Assembly: GCA_963812605.1 (NCBI GenBank)
Contig: CAWEWF010000006.1
Coordinates: 288,001-352,000 of the forward strand
Source of the DNA: an uncultured Verrucomicrobiae bacterium
Lineage (GTDB): Bacteria > Verrucomicrobiota > Verrucomicrobiia > Palsa-1439
DNA: 64,000 bases
Direction of reading: 5' to 3'
The number at the start of each line of letters is the position of its first letter. Position 1 is the first letter of the stretch. Below are positions 10,543 through 22,185 of this stretch, piece after piece. The position numbers and the translations under genes are program-made. The notes beneath the pieces were generated by a model. The model searched no databases and was not told the DNA's origin. It saw only the letters and a program-made list of their open reading frames with translations.

Positions 10543-13500
10543 GCTTCCTGGAAATACGATGTCATTATCGTGGGAGCGGGTCCCGCCGGTATCACGGCGG
10601 CCATCGCGCTGGCGAAGGCGCAAATCCCCGTGCTCGTCATCGAGGCGGGCGTGTTCCCCGGCGCGGAAAACTGGTCGGGCGCGGTCTATTTTACGGAAAA
10701 CCTCGCGCAGCCCGATGTCCTCGGCGAACAGGCCGTCCGCGATTCCGCCTACGAACGTCCCGTCACCAAGCGCGGCTTCTACATTTATAACGGTCATTCG
10801 CTCGTTGGCCTCAATTATCGCAATCCCGCTACTTTCGCCAACTGCTACACCGTCCTTCGCCCCACGTACGATCATTATCTGGCCGAACTCGCGAAGTCCT
10901 TCGGCGCGGAGATCCTCACGGAAACCACAGTCGACGGCCTGCTTCGCGATGATAGCGGCCACATCATTGGCGTCCATACCGATCGCGGCTCGATTCACGC
11001 CGATGTTGTGTTCCTCGCCGAGGGCGACGCGTCGCAACTTGTCACGAAAGAAGGTTACGAGCGCAACGTCGAACCCGGCGCGCCGCATTTCCTGCAAGGC
11101 ATCAAGGAAGTCATCGAGGTCGATCCCGATTACATCGAGCATACATTCAAGCTGCCGCAAGGTGAAGGCGCGGCGTTTGAAATCCTCCTGCGCAACGGCT
11201 CGATCCACAATCGCACCGCCAATCTCAACATGGGCGGCTTCCTCTACACGAACAAGGCCAGCCTGTCGCTCGGCCTCGTCCTGCCGCTCGATAATCTCAG
11301 TAAAGAATTCGGCGGCGACCACAACCGTCTCATGGAATGGTTCAAAGGCCTGCCCGAAGTCCGCCGCTGGACGAACCACACCCGCTCGTCCGCCTACGGC
11401 GCAAAAATCATTCGCGGCGGCGGCTTCCGCGAGCTGCCGCAACTCGTCGACAACGGCCTCGCCATCGGCGGCGCCGCCACCGGCATCGGCCTCGATTTCC
11501 CCTACCCCAATTTCACCGGCCCCGCCACCGCCATGGGCCGCTTCTTCGCCAACGCCGTCAAGCAGGCCCGCGCCGCCAACAAAACTTTCTCGCGCCCTGT
11601 CCTGGAAGAACTCTACGAGCGCCCGCTGCGCAAGACGCATCACTTCAAGAACGTACAGTTCCTGGAAAAATGGCCGCATTACGTCGAGCATACACGCGTG
11701 TTCTTCGGTCGCGCCGCCGACCTCGCGACCGGCTCGCTCTATATTGCGAGCAACGCCGCACTGCGCCCGCGCCAAAGGCTCTGGCAACTGGCCAAGTTTA
11801 CTCGCGAAACTCTCCCGCTAAAAAACTGGGGCGAGTTTTTCCACGATCTGCGCGAACAGCGCGCCGCCCTGGGTTTGACACAAAAGAATTCTGCGCATGT
11901 GGGAGGGACCTCAGTGTCCCGACCCGAATCAGGCGAAGTGCTCCTGGAATTCCGCGTTGACGGCGAACCGTGCACGGACTTTCTCTGGCCGCTTTCCCGT
12001 TTTTTCCTGAAACTGCCCCAAGCCCTGCCGCTCGCATGCGATCATGTCTACGGCAATGACGCAACGCCGTTGCCCGGGAAGCTCAAGAGCGCCATCTCCG
12101 CGTTGCGTCGCGGTCTCGGCTTGCCCGACCATCTCATTCCTGTCGTCGGCGGCCTTGCGTTGCTGGTGTTGATGCCCATTCAATGGATCTGCGAACTGAT
12201 CTACCTCGTCATTACACGGCCGTCGCCGGAAAAATTTCTCTCAGGTTTCTTCCAAAAAAATCGCGCTCTCGTCCGCGAACGCCTCAAGCTCGACCCTGAC
12301 GCCGTCAAAATCGAACAGTCGTGGGAAGAGAAGCTGTCCCTCATCCGTTACTTTTCCGAGGACCACTCGCATATCAAGATGTTCCGCCCTGAAAATTTCG
12401 AGAACCGCGCGAAGATCGCGGAGTCCCCGCTCTGGCACGTCTGTCCCGCAAAAGTTTACGAGTGCCACACCGACGACCTCGGCCAGTCCCAACTGGTCGT
12501 GAACTTCGAGAACTGCATCAAGTGCGAGACCTGTTGGCGCTCCGCCCCGAACGACGTTGATTGGACGCGCCAACGCGGCCAGCGATTGATTTTCAGTGCT
12601 CCCACCGAGGTAAATCGAAAACTTCTCGCCATACTGAAGTCCGTCACCCCGACCGAAGCGAAGGGTGTGGCCTCGCAGTCATCCCAGATTCTTCAATTCA
12701 CCCAGTATGAGATGCGCGAGAAGGCTCTCGCTCTCTCCAGCAAACTTCACCAGTTCTGCGACACCGTTTATTCCGGCCCGCGCTATATCGACGCCGGCCG
12801 CACGCGTTGGCTGCAATCGTTGTTGAACGAAGCGCAGGCCATCGCCACCGGGATCAAAAACCCGGGCATCGGCAGGCAGATGGTCCGCATTCTCGGCCAC
12901 GCCAAACGCCGCAAGTTCTTTTGGGCCGAAGCCGACACCCGACAATTGCTGGAACAACTTCCTCCACCTCGTGCTTTGGCGACTGAAACGCCGCAGCAAG
13001 CGCGCGTCGCGATGCTCGCGCGTCTTGACAAACTCTTTTCGAAACAGGCCATCAAGGACCTTGAACACAATCAGCCATTGTCAAAAGAGCAGAAAAATTT
13101 CCTGCATGTGCTTGCCGACACCGTTTCGCCGCCACGCCCGATGATTCTGCGCGAGCTGGCGCGCCGCGATCCGTCACTGGCCGCGCTCGTCTCGGGGATT
13201 TATTCCGCGCAGGTCGCTGCGCGCCCGGAACTCGTCAACCAGCCGTGGATCGGCCTCACTGCCGCGCGCAGCGCCTGGAAGGAATTCATCCCGGAGCAGA
13301 CGCCGACGTTGCCGCAAGTTGCCGCCGACGTTTGCGCCATCGCCCTGGGCGCGGGCGAGATGTTGTTGGAACGCTGTCGGCAACATGCGACCAGTCGCGT
13401 CCAGTTTCCCGGACTCTTCAAGGACGAAGACGGCCACGACGGCATCGCCAAGTTCGGGTCCGTGAAGAAACTGCTGAGCGAAATGGAAGCGCAGGTGTAC

Positions 13501-16500
13501 CTCCTGGAGGCGCTGTTAGATGTTGTAGGGCAAGCGGCCCGCTTGCCAAATACGACGGCAGGCGATGCGCCTGCCCTACAAAACGACGCCGCTGCTTTGG
13601 TGAAAATTCTGGCGAGCACGGCGTTCGGTCCCGACTCCGGCAGTCTCGCCTATAACGCCGGCCAAATCTTCGGCGGCACCGCCTATAGCGAAGACGACGT
13701 GCTGTCAAAATTCTACCGCGACAGCGTCTGTTTCTCGCACATGCTGATCGATGATGGGGAGTTGAAACGGCAGCTTGGTCCAGACGCGGAGGCAAAACTG
13801 CGCCGTTTCGCCGTCGAAGCTGTCAAGCAACACGCCATTGATCCGACGGAACTCGAGGCAGAGATTGTAAAATACTTCGTGGCCCACCAGGACGCGCCAC
13901 AGCCCGCTTCAGGGCTCGGCATCCAGATCATCGAGCGGGGTTACATCGAAGCGCCACTCGAACGACCGCCAGCCTTCAATTATCGCGAGTCGCTGAAGAC
14001 CGAACAGGAATATGACTACGGCGATTTCCTCGTAAAACCGTTCGATGCAAACGCCTGGCGGTTCACGCCCGAAATGCTGCAGGCGGACACCGAGTTGCGG
14101 GCCTATTACGATGAGCTTTATCAGTATTTCACCGAGAAGTTCTGGAATGCCCGCTTCGACGGCCTGCCGTACTACCGACTCGTTGAAAAACTGCACATGA
14201 TTCCGCTCGCCGACGTCCGCGACATGATCGCGCGCGGCTTCATGCGCATGTATATCCCGACGGAATTCGGCGGCCAAGGTTTGCTCAAGGCCCACTACTA
14301 CGTCCTCTGCCCGCTCTCGATGCGTTACGCCGACCCGTCCTACGCGCTGACCATCATGGCCCATTCGAGCATCGGCACCACGCCTATCCTGCTCGGCCTC
14401 AACCAGGATTTGCCGCGCGCGAAGGAAGACCTGCAGCAGTTCCTCTCTAACCAATCTCAAATCGAAAATCTAAAATCGGAAATCGCCCGCATTCTCCGAA
14501 TGCTGGACTCACCGGGAGCCCTCAAGGTGAAAAAAGTCTTCACCGCCTTGGGCGAACAAGTGAAGACAACATCGGCAAAAAACCGATGCTGCGGGCCATC
14601 GCCAGCGAATTCCTCGCCCACTTCATGGACGCCGGCCGCGCCGGTTTGCGCACCGACCTCGTCGCTTTCAAAAGCGAGTTGCAGCAGTCACTGGCGACGT
14701 TGGACACGCTTCGCCCGCGCGCCGAAGCGGTCATCGCCGAACTGGACCGCCGCGCCGAGGCCCACAAACTGTTCCTGCGGCTTATCTCGGCGGGCCAGAT
14801 TAGCGCGTTTGCGTTGACCGAACCGAACGCCGGGAGCGATTCCGGCGGCGTCCAGACCCGGGCGGAACTGAAAAAAGCCGAGGTGCTCACCGACGCCGAC
14901 GGTGTGAAGTACTTCCTGCTTGGAAAGGATCGCAAAAACATCATCGATGCCGCGACGATCGACCTGACCAAGATCGATTACAGCGAGTACGACTACAAGA
15001 CCGATGACCCGGTGAAATTCCGTTACTACCAGCACAACGGGAAGCGCATTCCCATTCACGACATCGCCCAGGTCCGCCGCGACGGCGACAAGGAATTCTA
15101 CGAGTACTACGAGGTCAACGGCGCCAAAATGTGGATCACCAACGGCCACGTGGCCGGCGTCTTTTGCCTCTACGCCCGCACGAAGGAAGGCCCAACGGGT
15201 TTCATGGTGGACCGACACGCCGAGGGCCTCATCGTCGGCAAGGACGAGGAAAAAATGGGCCAGCGCGGCTCGCCCACGAACGAACTCGGCCTCACCAGCG
15301 TCCGCGTCCCCCGCGAGAACATCATCGGCATCGAGGGCCGGGGACAGGTCAACGCGCTGGAGACGTTGAACGTCGGCCGCCTCGGCCTCTGTGTCAGCGC
15401 GGTATCGATGATGACAAAAATTTTCGAGCAGACCCACACCTTCATCAAAGAGCACTATCTGGAAAAGAACCCCCATGCCTTTGCGATGCTCGGTCCCATG
15501 GCTGCCGAGCTGTACGCCACCGAATCACTCGCCTACGAACTCATCGGCCGCGCCGACCACCACGGCACAAAATCCGTCCGGACCGAATCGGCCATCGGCA
15601 AATACTACGCCAGCGAGGCCCTGCATCGGACCATCCGCTCCGCCGAGAAAATCATGGGCATCGAGGGTTGCACCCAGATGCACGAATTGGAAAAGCACCG
15701 CCGCGACGCCCGCGTCCTCAACATCTACGAGGGCACCAATGAAGTGCAACGTTTTCTCATCCTTCGCGACCTCATTGATCATGTGTTACCACAATGGCGG
15801 AAGAGCGAGACAGGGTTCAATGCCGGTGGTTTGAAAGGTCCTGCGCACGGAAGGCTGGCGGATGCGAAGAATCTTTTGGTGCGCGCTGTTAGTCGCGCCG
15901 CAGATGCGTTCGGCCCCAGGTGTGGCAGAACGCCGATTTCCAGCCGACGATGTTTAAGCTGGTGGACATCGCAGGCTACATCAAAGTGATGGATTCGACG
16001 GCGTGGCGAACACACTGGCTGGACACCCAGACGCACGACGTTGATCGTCAATCCTTCGCTCACTTTGCCACGGAGGCGTACACCGAACATGCGTGGCGTG
16101 AAATCGAGCGCCTTCACGAAGAATTCGAGCGCGACCTACTCCTCCTCAAGCAAGGCCTCTACCCACCCGACATCCGCGTCGCGCAATTGGCATTGCAAGC
16201 CCAAGAGGAACACAGTGAAGAACCGCGCCCACAACCACCGCACAAGGTCACCGGGCCATTACACGTACTAGTTGTCTTGAATATCGTCCCGATTCTCTCG
16301 CCGCGTCCGCGCATCGTGAATGGCGAACTGCTGGAGACACATTTCGATATTGATGCCGCGAGTCGCACGGCCCTGGAGCGCGCCCTCGAACTGAAATTCG
16401 CCTCCGAAAAAGTTAGCGTCACGGCCATTGCGGTTGCGCCGGGTGACGCGACGGAATCCTTGCGCCGCGCCCTAGCGCTCGGCGCTAACGGCGCGGCGTT

Positions 16501-18046
16501 AATCAAAACCACTGATCTTCCCGACAACCCGCACGACAGCGCCCGATTGGTGGCCGACCTGATGGGCCAGAAACAACTGCCGTGCGATCTCGTCCTTTGT
16601 GGTGACGCGATCATGGCCGCCGTGCTGGCAGGCAACCTGGGCGCGTCCCATTTCTCCGGGGTGAAGGAATTCGTCGTCAATGGTGACCAAACGACAATCC
16701 ACCTCCTGAAGCCGGTGGCATCCATTACCAACGACGGCCCCGTCGTCCTCGCAATGACGGAAGGCGAAACCGACCTGGATTTCCATGTCGACGATTACTT
16801 CAAGGCGCTGAACAAACCGCTGGAAGTCATCGACGCCCTGCAACTCGCCACTGCGCCACGTCCTGGCTTGCGGTATCAATTGCCGGAGAAGCGGCGGTGG
16901 AAGAGAAGTTTGAATCGACACCGGGTCAGTCGCCGCCCTCGTGCGAAAGATTGCCGGGGTCGAAACCGTCGCGCAAGGCAGCGGGTCGTTCGCGGGCAAA
17001 GTGGAATCCGCCGCGAAGGAAAAGCTGCCGGGACGCGATGCCGCCGTGTTCCTGGCGACACCCGAAAAACTGGAAGGCCTCGAAACCGCCGCCGCCTGCG
17101 CCGTGGCATTGGGATTGCCATTCCACGTGCTGGTGCTGGGAGATTTCGACAAGCGCGCCGCGCGGTCGGTCGCGGCCCGCGTGAACGCCCGCTCGATCTA
17201 CTTCGCAAGCAGCCCGCATCTGTCGGACGCGACGCCGGCCGCGTTGCTCGCGGCGCTTCAAACGATGTGGAAAGACCTGTTGCCCGCCGTGTTGGCCTCC
17301 GGGACTGGGCCAATGAATTGCTCGCGCAATTTGCCCGCACCTTCCCGCGCGTCCAGGCTTGCTACAACGTCGCGGATGTTGCGCCAGCAAACGGGGCGCT
17401 TGAACTCGTGATGCCGGCGTTCGGCGGCAAGGTGCAACGCGTGGCCACCGTCAGCGAGATCACCACGCATCCGCTGGTGATGACCGTCGCGACAGGCGCG
17501 AGCGGAGAGCCGAAAGTTGAAAACGACAAACAAGTCTCTCTCGTGTCCCTGGAATTCGAGTACGACCCGGAAACTGACGACCTGGCGCGCGCGTTGCGGG
17601 CGGCACACGAGGAAACCAGTGTAAAATCCATCGCCGATGCCGAGTTCATCATCGACGTCGGTTACGCGGTGCGCAACCAGGAGAACTTCGACCTGGTGAT
17701 CGCCCCGCTCAAGAAGCGGCTCGAGGAAATCGGCCTGAAGAATGTCCTGCTCGGCGGGACCCGCAAAGTCGTCGAAGAATTGAAACTGCTCGCGCCCGAT
17801 CAACAAATCGGCCAGACCGGCACCGCCGTCAACCCCCGGATGATTATCTCCATCGGCGTCAGCGGCGCGCCGCAGCACGTGGACTATATCGGCGACCGGG
17901 CCACCATCATCGCATTCAATAAGGATGCCGACGCACCGTTGATGACCTTGAACAAACGACGAGCGCGCCCGAAGGTCGTGCCCGTGATCGGAGACTTGTT
18001 TGAGACGGTGCCGCGTTTCACGGCGGCGCTGAAGCCGCACCGTTGA
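10540..18046 (+). CDS. Giant fusion FixC/ETF-QO + TM + FixX ferredoxin + 2 acyl-CoA dehydrogenase modules + ETF-beta + ETF-alpha (~2500 aa; about 5 apparent single-base deletions)
   Basis: GAGPAG and GGFLYTNK (FixC); CPAKVY...CIKCETC (FixX); AFALTEPNAGSD, NGAKMWITNG, KMGQRGS and IYEGTNEVQR (ACAD); ALERALELK...LRRALALGA (ETFb); QIGQTG...IGVSGAPQH...FNKDADAP (ETFa). Frame breaks fall inside domains or linkers with no stop/RBS restart. Confidence 0.8.
13523..13581. repeat. GTAG-type REP palindrome pair inserted in frame in the fusion gene
   Basis: TTGTAGGGCAAGCGGCCCGCTTGCC...GGCAGGCGATGCGCCTGCCCTACAA, same family as 56135-56198; encodes VVGQAARLPNTTAGDAPALQ. Confidence 0.85.
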
Positions 18047-18214
18047 ACGCCTTGTAAAATATGTCTTGCAAAGGCAGTGGCGATTTGCCATAAACCACCC
18101 GGTGAGTTTTGGAGAAGCATCAGGCTGGGTGTGTGGGCGGCTTCTATTTCCATTCCAGCCTTGGACCTCTTCATTACCTACAAACCTTAACCGTCGGAAT
18201 CAGGAGGAAGGGCA

Positions 18215-19996
18215 ATGAACGGCATTCAGGCGAGTGGATCGATCGGGCGTCGCGGGCTTCTGGTATTCTCTGTTCTCGTTTTGGGAACAATCGTCGATTC
18301 ATTCTCGGCAAGGGCCGACACCAATGCGCTGGCTATCATCAATTTGACGGGCGGCATAACCGCCTTCGACGGTAGCGGTGTTACCGTGGGACAAATTGAA
18401 AGCGCCACACCCACGAATCATGTGGATTTCAACAGCGCCAATCTTTCGCAAACACTTTTGAGCGCCACCGCCACGTCTTCTGCCACTAACCATGCCACCG
18501 AGGTTGCCAGCGTGATGGTGAGCACTGGCGTGGTGACGCGCGGCGTCGCCCCCGGGGCCAAGCTTTATTCGATAGGCGCATCTACGGATCCTCAATTCCT
18601 GAATGCATACTGGCTGATCGCCACTCAAGCAGTCGGGAGGGCCAAGGTAATCAATATGAGTTTTGGCTCGGCCACTGTCACCAGGTCCAGTAACACAGCC
18701 AATGGAACGAATTACGTTACCTATACACGCGTGGCCAATCCCGATGGAAACGACGCGGACTCTCAGACAATTGATAATGTCGCGGCTACCACAGGTGCAG
18801 TATTCGTCAAATCCGCCGGTAATAGCGGCGAGGCTGGTACTAACACGGTCACCGCGCCCGGGGCTGCCTACAACATCATCACGGTCGGTGCCGTGAGCAA
18901 CCTGACTGCGAAAACAACATCCGTAGCCGACTTCAGTTCCCGGGGATACCTGGCTAGCGGTCGATCTGCCGTCGATATCGTCGCGGTCGGCGCCGACGTG
19001 GCCATGGCCGGCTTCTATACCAACTCGACTTTCACGCGGACAGTTGTTCAGGTTGTTTCGAACAATGTTGGGGCGCCGGCGATCTACCAAATAGGAAGCA
19101 CTGGTTACTACCCATCCGGTCCCGGGCTCGCCCAAAGCCCGCTTTCCATGGTGGCTACAAGTTCCGGCACGAGTTTTGCCGCTCCCATGGTTTCGGGTGT
19201 CGCGGCACTCCTGGTGGAAGCCGCCGCAACCAACTTTGTGGCGACGCCGAGCACCGTGACCGCCGCTCAGGATCCCCGCACCATCAAGGCCGTCCTGCTG
19301 AATTCAGCGACGAAACTGCCGGGCTGGGGGCAAGGCGCTGTGGCCGGTGGCACGGCTGGCCTCACCGGTATTCTCACGGGCGGGGTCAACGGGGTCACGA
19401 CTGTCCTCCAACCCCTGGATCCCAACCAGGGCGCCGGCTTGCTCAATGCCAATGGAGCCTACCTCCAATTGGCTGCGGGCCGTCAGGGACCTTTGTTCAC
19501 CAATAACAACATTCGGGCCAACGGAAATGTAGGATTGATCGGTTGGGATTTCAACACGGTGGCGTTGTCCTTGAGCAATGTTTACCGGGTAGCCAGTCAG
19601 GCCCAGGGCTCTATGGCTCTGACGCTCGACTGGAATCGAGATGTCACAACGGATGGGGGAACGAACCTGCTGCAAGGCATGGCCAACCTGAACTTGAACC
19701 TCTACACAAGTTCCGACGTTTTATTTACCAACGTGCCGCTGGTCGCCCAATCCATCAGCGGGATCGACAACGTCGAGCACCTGTGGTTCACCAATTTGCC
19801 GTCAGCTTTTTACGAGTTCGGCGTAGGTTACGCCAACTATAATTCCCTGGGGGGCCCCAACGCGCCGACGGTCAACTATGGCATCGCCTGGAACTTCCAG
19901 GCTGTGCCCGAGCCTAGTTCGCTCCTGCTGGTCGGGCTGGGTATCAGCGGCCTGGCATGGCGCGTGAAACGCCGACGAATACCGCCGACGGTCTGA
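18215..19996 (+). CDS. Subtilisin-like S8 peptidase with PEP-CTERM sorting signal
   Basis: NHATEVA, SAGNSG and GTSFAAPMVSG; C-terminal VPEPSS-TM-RVKRRR. Confidence 0.88.
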   Translation: MNGIQASGSIGRRGLLVFSVLVLGTIVDSFSARADTNALAIINLTGGITAFDGSGVTVGQIESATPTNHVDFNSANLSQTLLSATATSSATNHATEVASVMVSTGVVTRGVAPGAKLYSIGASTDPQFLNAYWLIATQAVGRAKVINMSFGSATVTRSSNTANGTNYVTYTRVANPDGNDADSQTIDNVAATTGAVFVKSAGNSGEAGTNTVTAPGAAYNIITVGAVSNLTAKTTSVADFSSRGYLASGRSAVDIVAVGADVAMAGFYTNSTFTRTVVQVVSNNVGAPAIYQIGSTGYYPSGPGLAQSPLSMVATSSGTSFAAPMVSGVAALLVEAAATNFVATPSTVTAAQDPRTIKAVLLNSATKLPGWGQGAVAGGTAGLTGILTGGVNGVTTVLQPLDPNQGAGLLNANGAYLQLAAGRQGPLFTNNNIRANGNVGLIGWDFNTVALSLSNVYRVASQAQGSMALTLDWNRDVTTDGGTNLLQGMANLNLNLYTSSDVLFTNVPLVAQSISGIDNVEHLWFTNLPSAFYEFGVGYANYNSLGGPNAPTVNYGIAWNFQAVPEPSSLLLVGLGISGLAWRVKRRRIPPTV

Positions 19997-20095
19997 AACT
20001 GGATCTCCAGCGGCACCAAAAGTGCGTCGCAACACGTCGATCGTGATGGCGCTTGAGCGACCCTTGTTGCGTTCAACAAGAACGCGCGAAGTGTA

Positions 20096-21088
20096 TTGTT
20101 GCGCTCAAAACGTGGGGTTGACCTTCTATTGATTACGCCAGCGGATATTAGCGTCACCCTTCCGGTGAGTGTGGCCATCAATCGCGTGAAGCTGCTGTTG
20201 TTCGAGCCTTTCGATCTTGGCAAATGGTTTGCCATCGGCTTCTGCGCCTGGCTCGCCCATCTGGGAGAGACGGGATTCCAGGCAAATTACAATGTCGGCG
20301 CGCCCCGCGGCGGAGCGGGAAAAGGCGTCCACGAGGGATTCGAGCATGCGCGGGCCTATGTGTTGGACAATCTCGGCTGGATCCTGCCGCTCGCGGCGGC
20401 CTTGGTGTTTGTCGGCTTCGCGTTCTGGGTGCTCCTGACCTGGCTGCGCAGCCGGGGCAATTTCATGTTCCTTCACTGCGTGGCCTTTGACAAGGCAGAG
20501 GTCCGCGGGCCCTGGCACAAATTCGCTCGCGCAGGAAAGAGCTTGTTCCAGTTCCGTCTGGCGCTGGGGTTGGTCGGGATGATTCCAGTGTTACCGTTGC
20601 TGGTGCTCGCAGCCATGATGGTCATACGGATGATTGACCACGGCCAGCCTGAATTTCACAGCATTCTGCTGCTGATCGGGGTCGTGTTGATGCTCTTCGG
20701 GGTGGGGATGGTCTTTTTCGTGGTCGCCAAGCTCACCACGGATTTCGTGGTGCCGATCATGTTCCTGCGAGGCATCACCTGCCTGGAGTCATGGAAGGAA
20801 TTGCTCGGCCTGATCTCGGTTCAGGTTCCCAACTTTCTGTTGTATCTCCTGTTCCAAATCGTACTGGGGTTCGCGACGGGTGTGCTCGTGCTCATCGCCG
20901 TCCTCGTAACCTGCTGCATCGCCGGTTGCTTGATGATCATTCCGTATCTGGGCACCGTGCTGTTGCTGCCAATTCTGGTATTCAAGCGCTCCTATTCGCT
21001 CCACTACCTGGCGCAGTATGGACAAGCATATGACGTGTTCCCCCCGCAACTACCGCCGCAACTCGGCGTGACGCCACCACTATCATAG
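20096..21088 (+). CDS. Conserved hypothetical multi-pass membrane protein (start uncertain)
   Basis: LFEPFDLGKWFAIGFCAWLA, multiple TMs, VTCCIAGCL. Confidence 0.7.
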   Translation: MLRSKRGVDLLLITPADISVTLPVSVAINRVKLLLFEPFDLGKWFAIGFCAWLAHLGETGFQANYNVGAPRGGAGKGVHEGFEHARAYVLDNLGWILPLAAALVFVGFAFWVLLTWLRSRGNFMFLHCVAFDKAEVRGPWHKFARAGKSLFQFRLALGLVGMIPVLPLLVLAAMMVIRMIDHGQPEFHSILLLIGVVLMLFGVGMVFFVVAKLTTDFVVPIMFLRGITCLESWKELLGLISVQVPNFLLYLLFQIVLGFATGVLVLIAVLVTCCIAGCLMIIPYLGTVLLLPILVFKRSYSLHYLAQYGQAYDVFPPQLPPQLGVTPPLS

Positions 21089-21106
21089 GGCGGTTCCAAG
21101 GTGGGT

Positions 21107-21460
21107 CTACGTGCTGTCAGCACTCGACTCGAGCAGTTGCCAGAACTTGGGATTGTCCTGCAAAAGCTGGTCTTCGGAGATGGGCAGTTTGCTGCGGAAG
21201 AAGAAATCCTTGAGCGAGTTCTTGCTGAGAATGCACCGCACATTGATGATCTCGGCATTCCGCTCGAAGTAGATGCGATAGTCCTTCACGCGGTAACGGT
21301 AAATCTTCTTCCCGCCGCGGGTAAGCTGGCCAAATTTCTCGTCGTCCTTCTCGAAGTCTTGCGGGAAAAGCTGGAAGCCGTCGATCATCTCGAGCTGCAG
21401 CTTGCGCGGGAGCGCAGCCAGTTCCTTGGCGCTCACGGGGTTGAAGATGATCTGCAGCAT
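21107..21460 (-). CDS. RelE/ParE-like protein (no adjacent antitoxin)
   Basis: QIIFNPVSAKELAALP...IYRYRVKDYRIYF RelE-fold pattern; TATTCT -10 box 6 nt before ATG. Confidence 0.7.
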   Translation of the reverse strand: MLQIIFNPVSAKELAALPRKLQLEMIDGFQLFPQDFEKDDEKFGQLTRGGKKIYRYRVKDYRIYFERNAEIINVRCILSKNSLKDFFFRSKLPISEDQLLQDNPKFWQLLESSADST

Positions 21461-21480
21461 GAACGAAGAATAGCGGAAGC

Positions 21481-22185
21481 CTAGGGCCGCGCAAGACAAG
21501 ATTTGGCGCGGTCAGGATGGTTGGTGATGATGCCATCCACCCCCCAACTCGCGAGCTTCTTCATCTCGGCTTCGCGGTTGACCGTCCACACGAAAACCTT
21601 CCAGCCACGCCGGTGAATCCGCCGCACGACCCGCGGCGATGTGATCAATCGGCGGCTGATGCCGAGACCTTCAACGGCCACCGCCGCTTTCAGCCGTGCC
21701 ATCGCCCACAACGGTTGGCGCGCGATGAGGCCGAAACGAGGAATGCCCGGGTTGGCGGCGGCAAACTGTTTCATCCGCGCCACCGAAAGCGAGAAGACAA
21801 TGACCTCCCGTTCCATCCGCAGCTTCGCGACGAGCCCGGCCACCTTGCGCGGGTCCGCCCGCTTGATTTCGATCAGCACCTGCGCCTTTCCTTTGCACGC
21901 GTTAAGCACCTCGCGAAGGGTCGGGACTTGTGGATTCCGCCGCTGGATTTCTGCCAGCGTTTTGTGGCGCACGCGACCGCGCCCGCCGCAAATTCGATTG
22001 AGCCGGTAGTCGTGGAATACGATCAACGCCCCATCGCGGGTTTCCTGTACATCGATCTCCACGAAATCAACGCCCAGTTCGAGTGCCGCGCGCACCGCGG
22101 CCAGCGTGTTCTCCAGATAGCGACTGCTGAAGCCGCGGTGGGCGATAATCGAGGGAAGCCTGCTCACGGGAGGTTTCGATTCCAT
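21481..22185 (-). CDS. glpQ: Glycerophosphodiester phosphodiesterase
   Basis: IIAHRG, ENTLAA, EIDVQ, IEIK, WTVN, GVDGIITNHP. Confidence 0.9.
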   Translation of the reverse strand: MESKPPVSRLPSIIAHRGFSSRYLENTLAAVRAALELGVDFVEIDVQETRDGALIVFHDYRLNRICGGRGRVRHKTLAEIQRRNPQVPTLREVLNACKGKAQVLIEIKRADPRKVAGLVAKLRMEREVIVFSLSVARMKQFAAANPGIPRFGLIARQPLWAMARLKAAVAVEGLGISRRLITSPRVVRRIHRRGWKVFVWTVNREAEMKKLASWGVDGIITNHPDRAKSCLARP

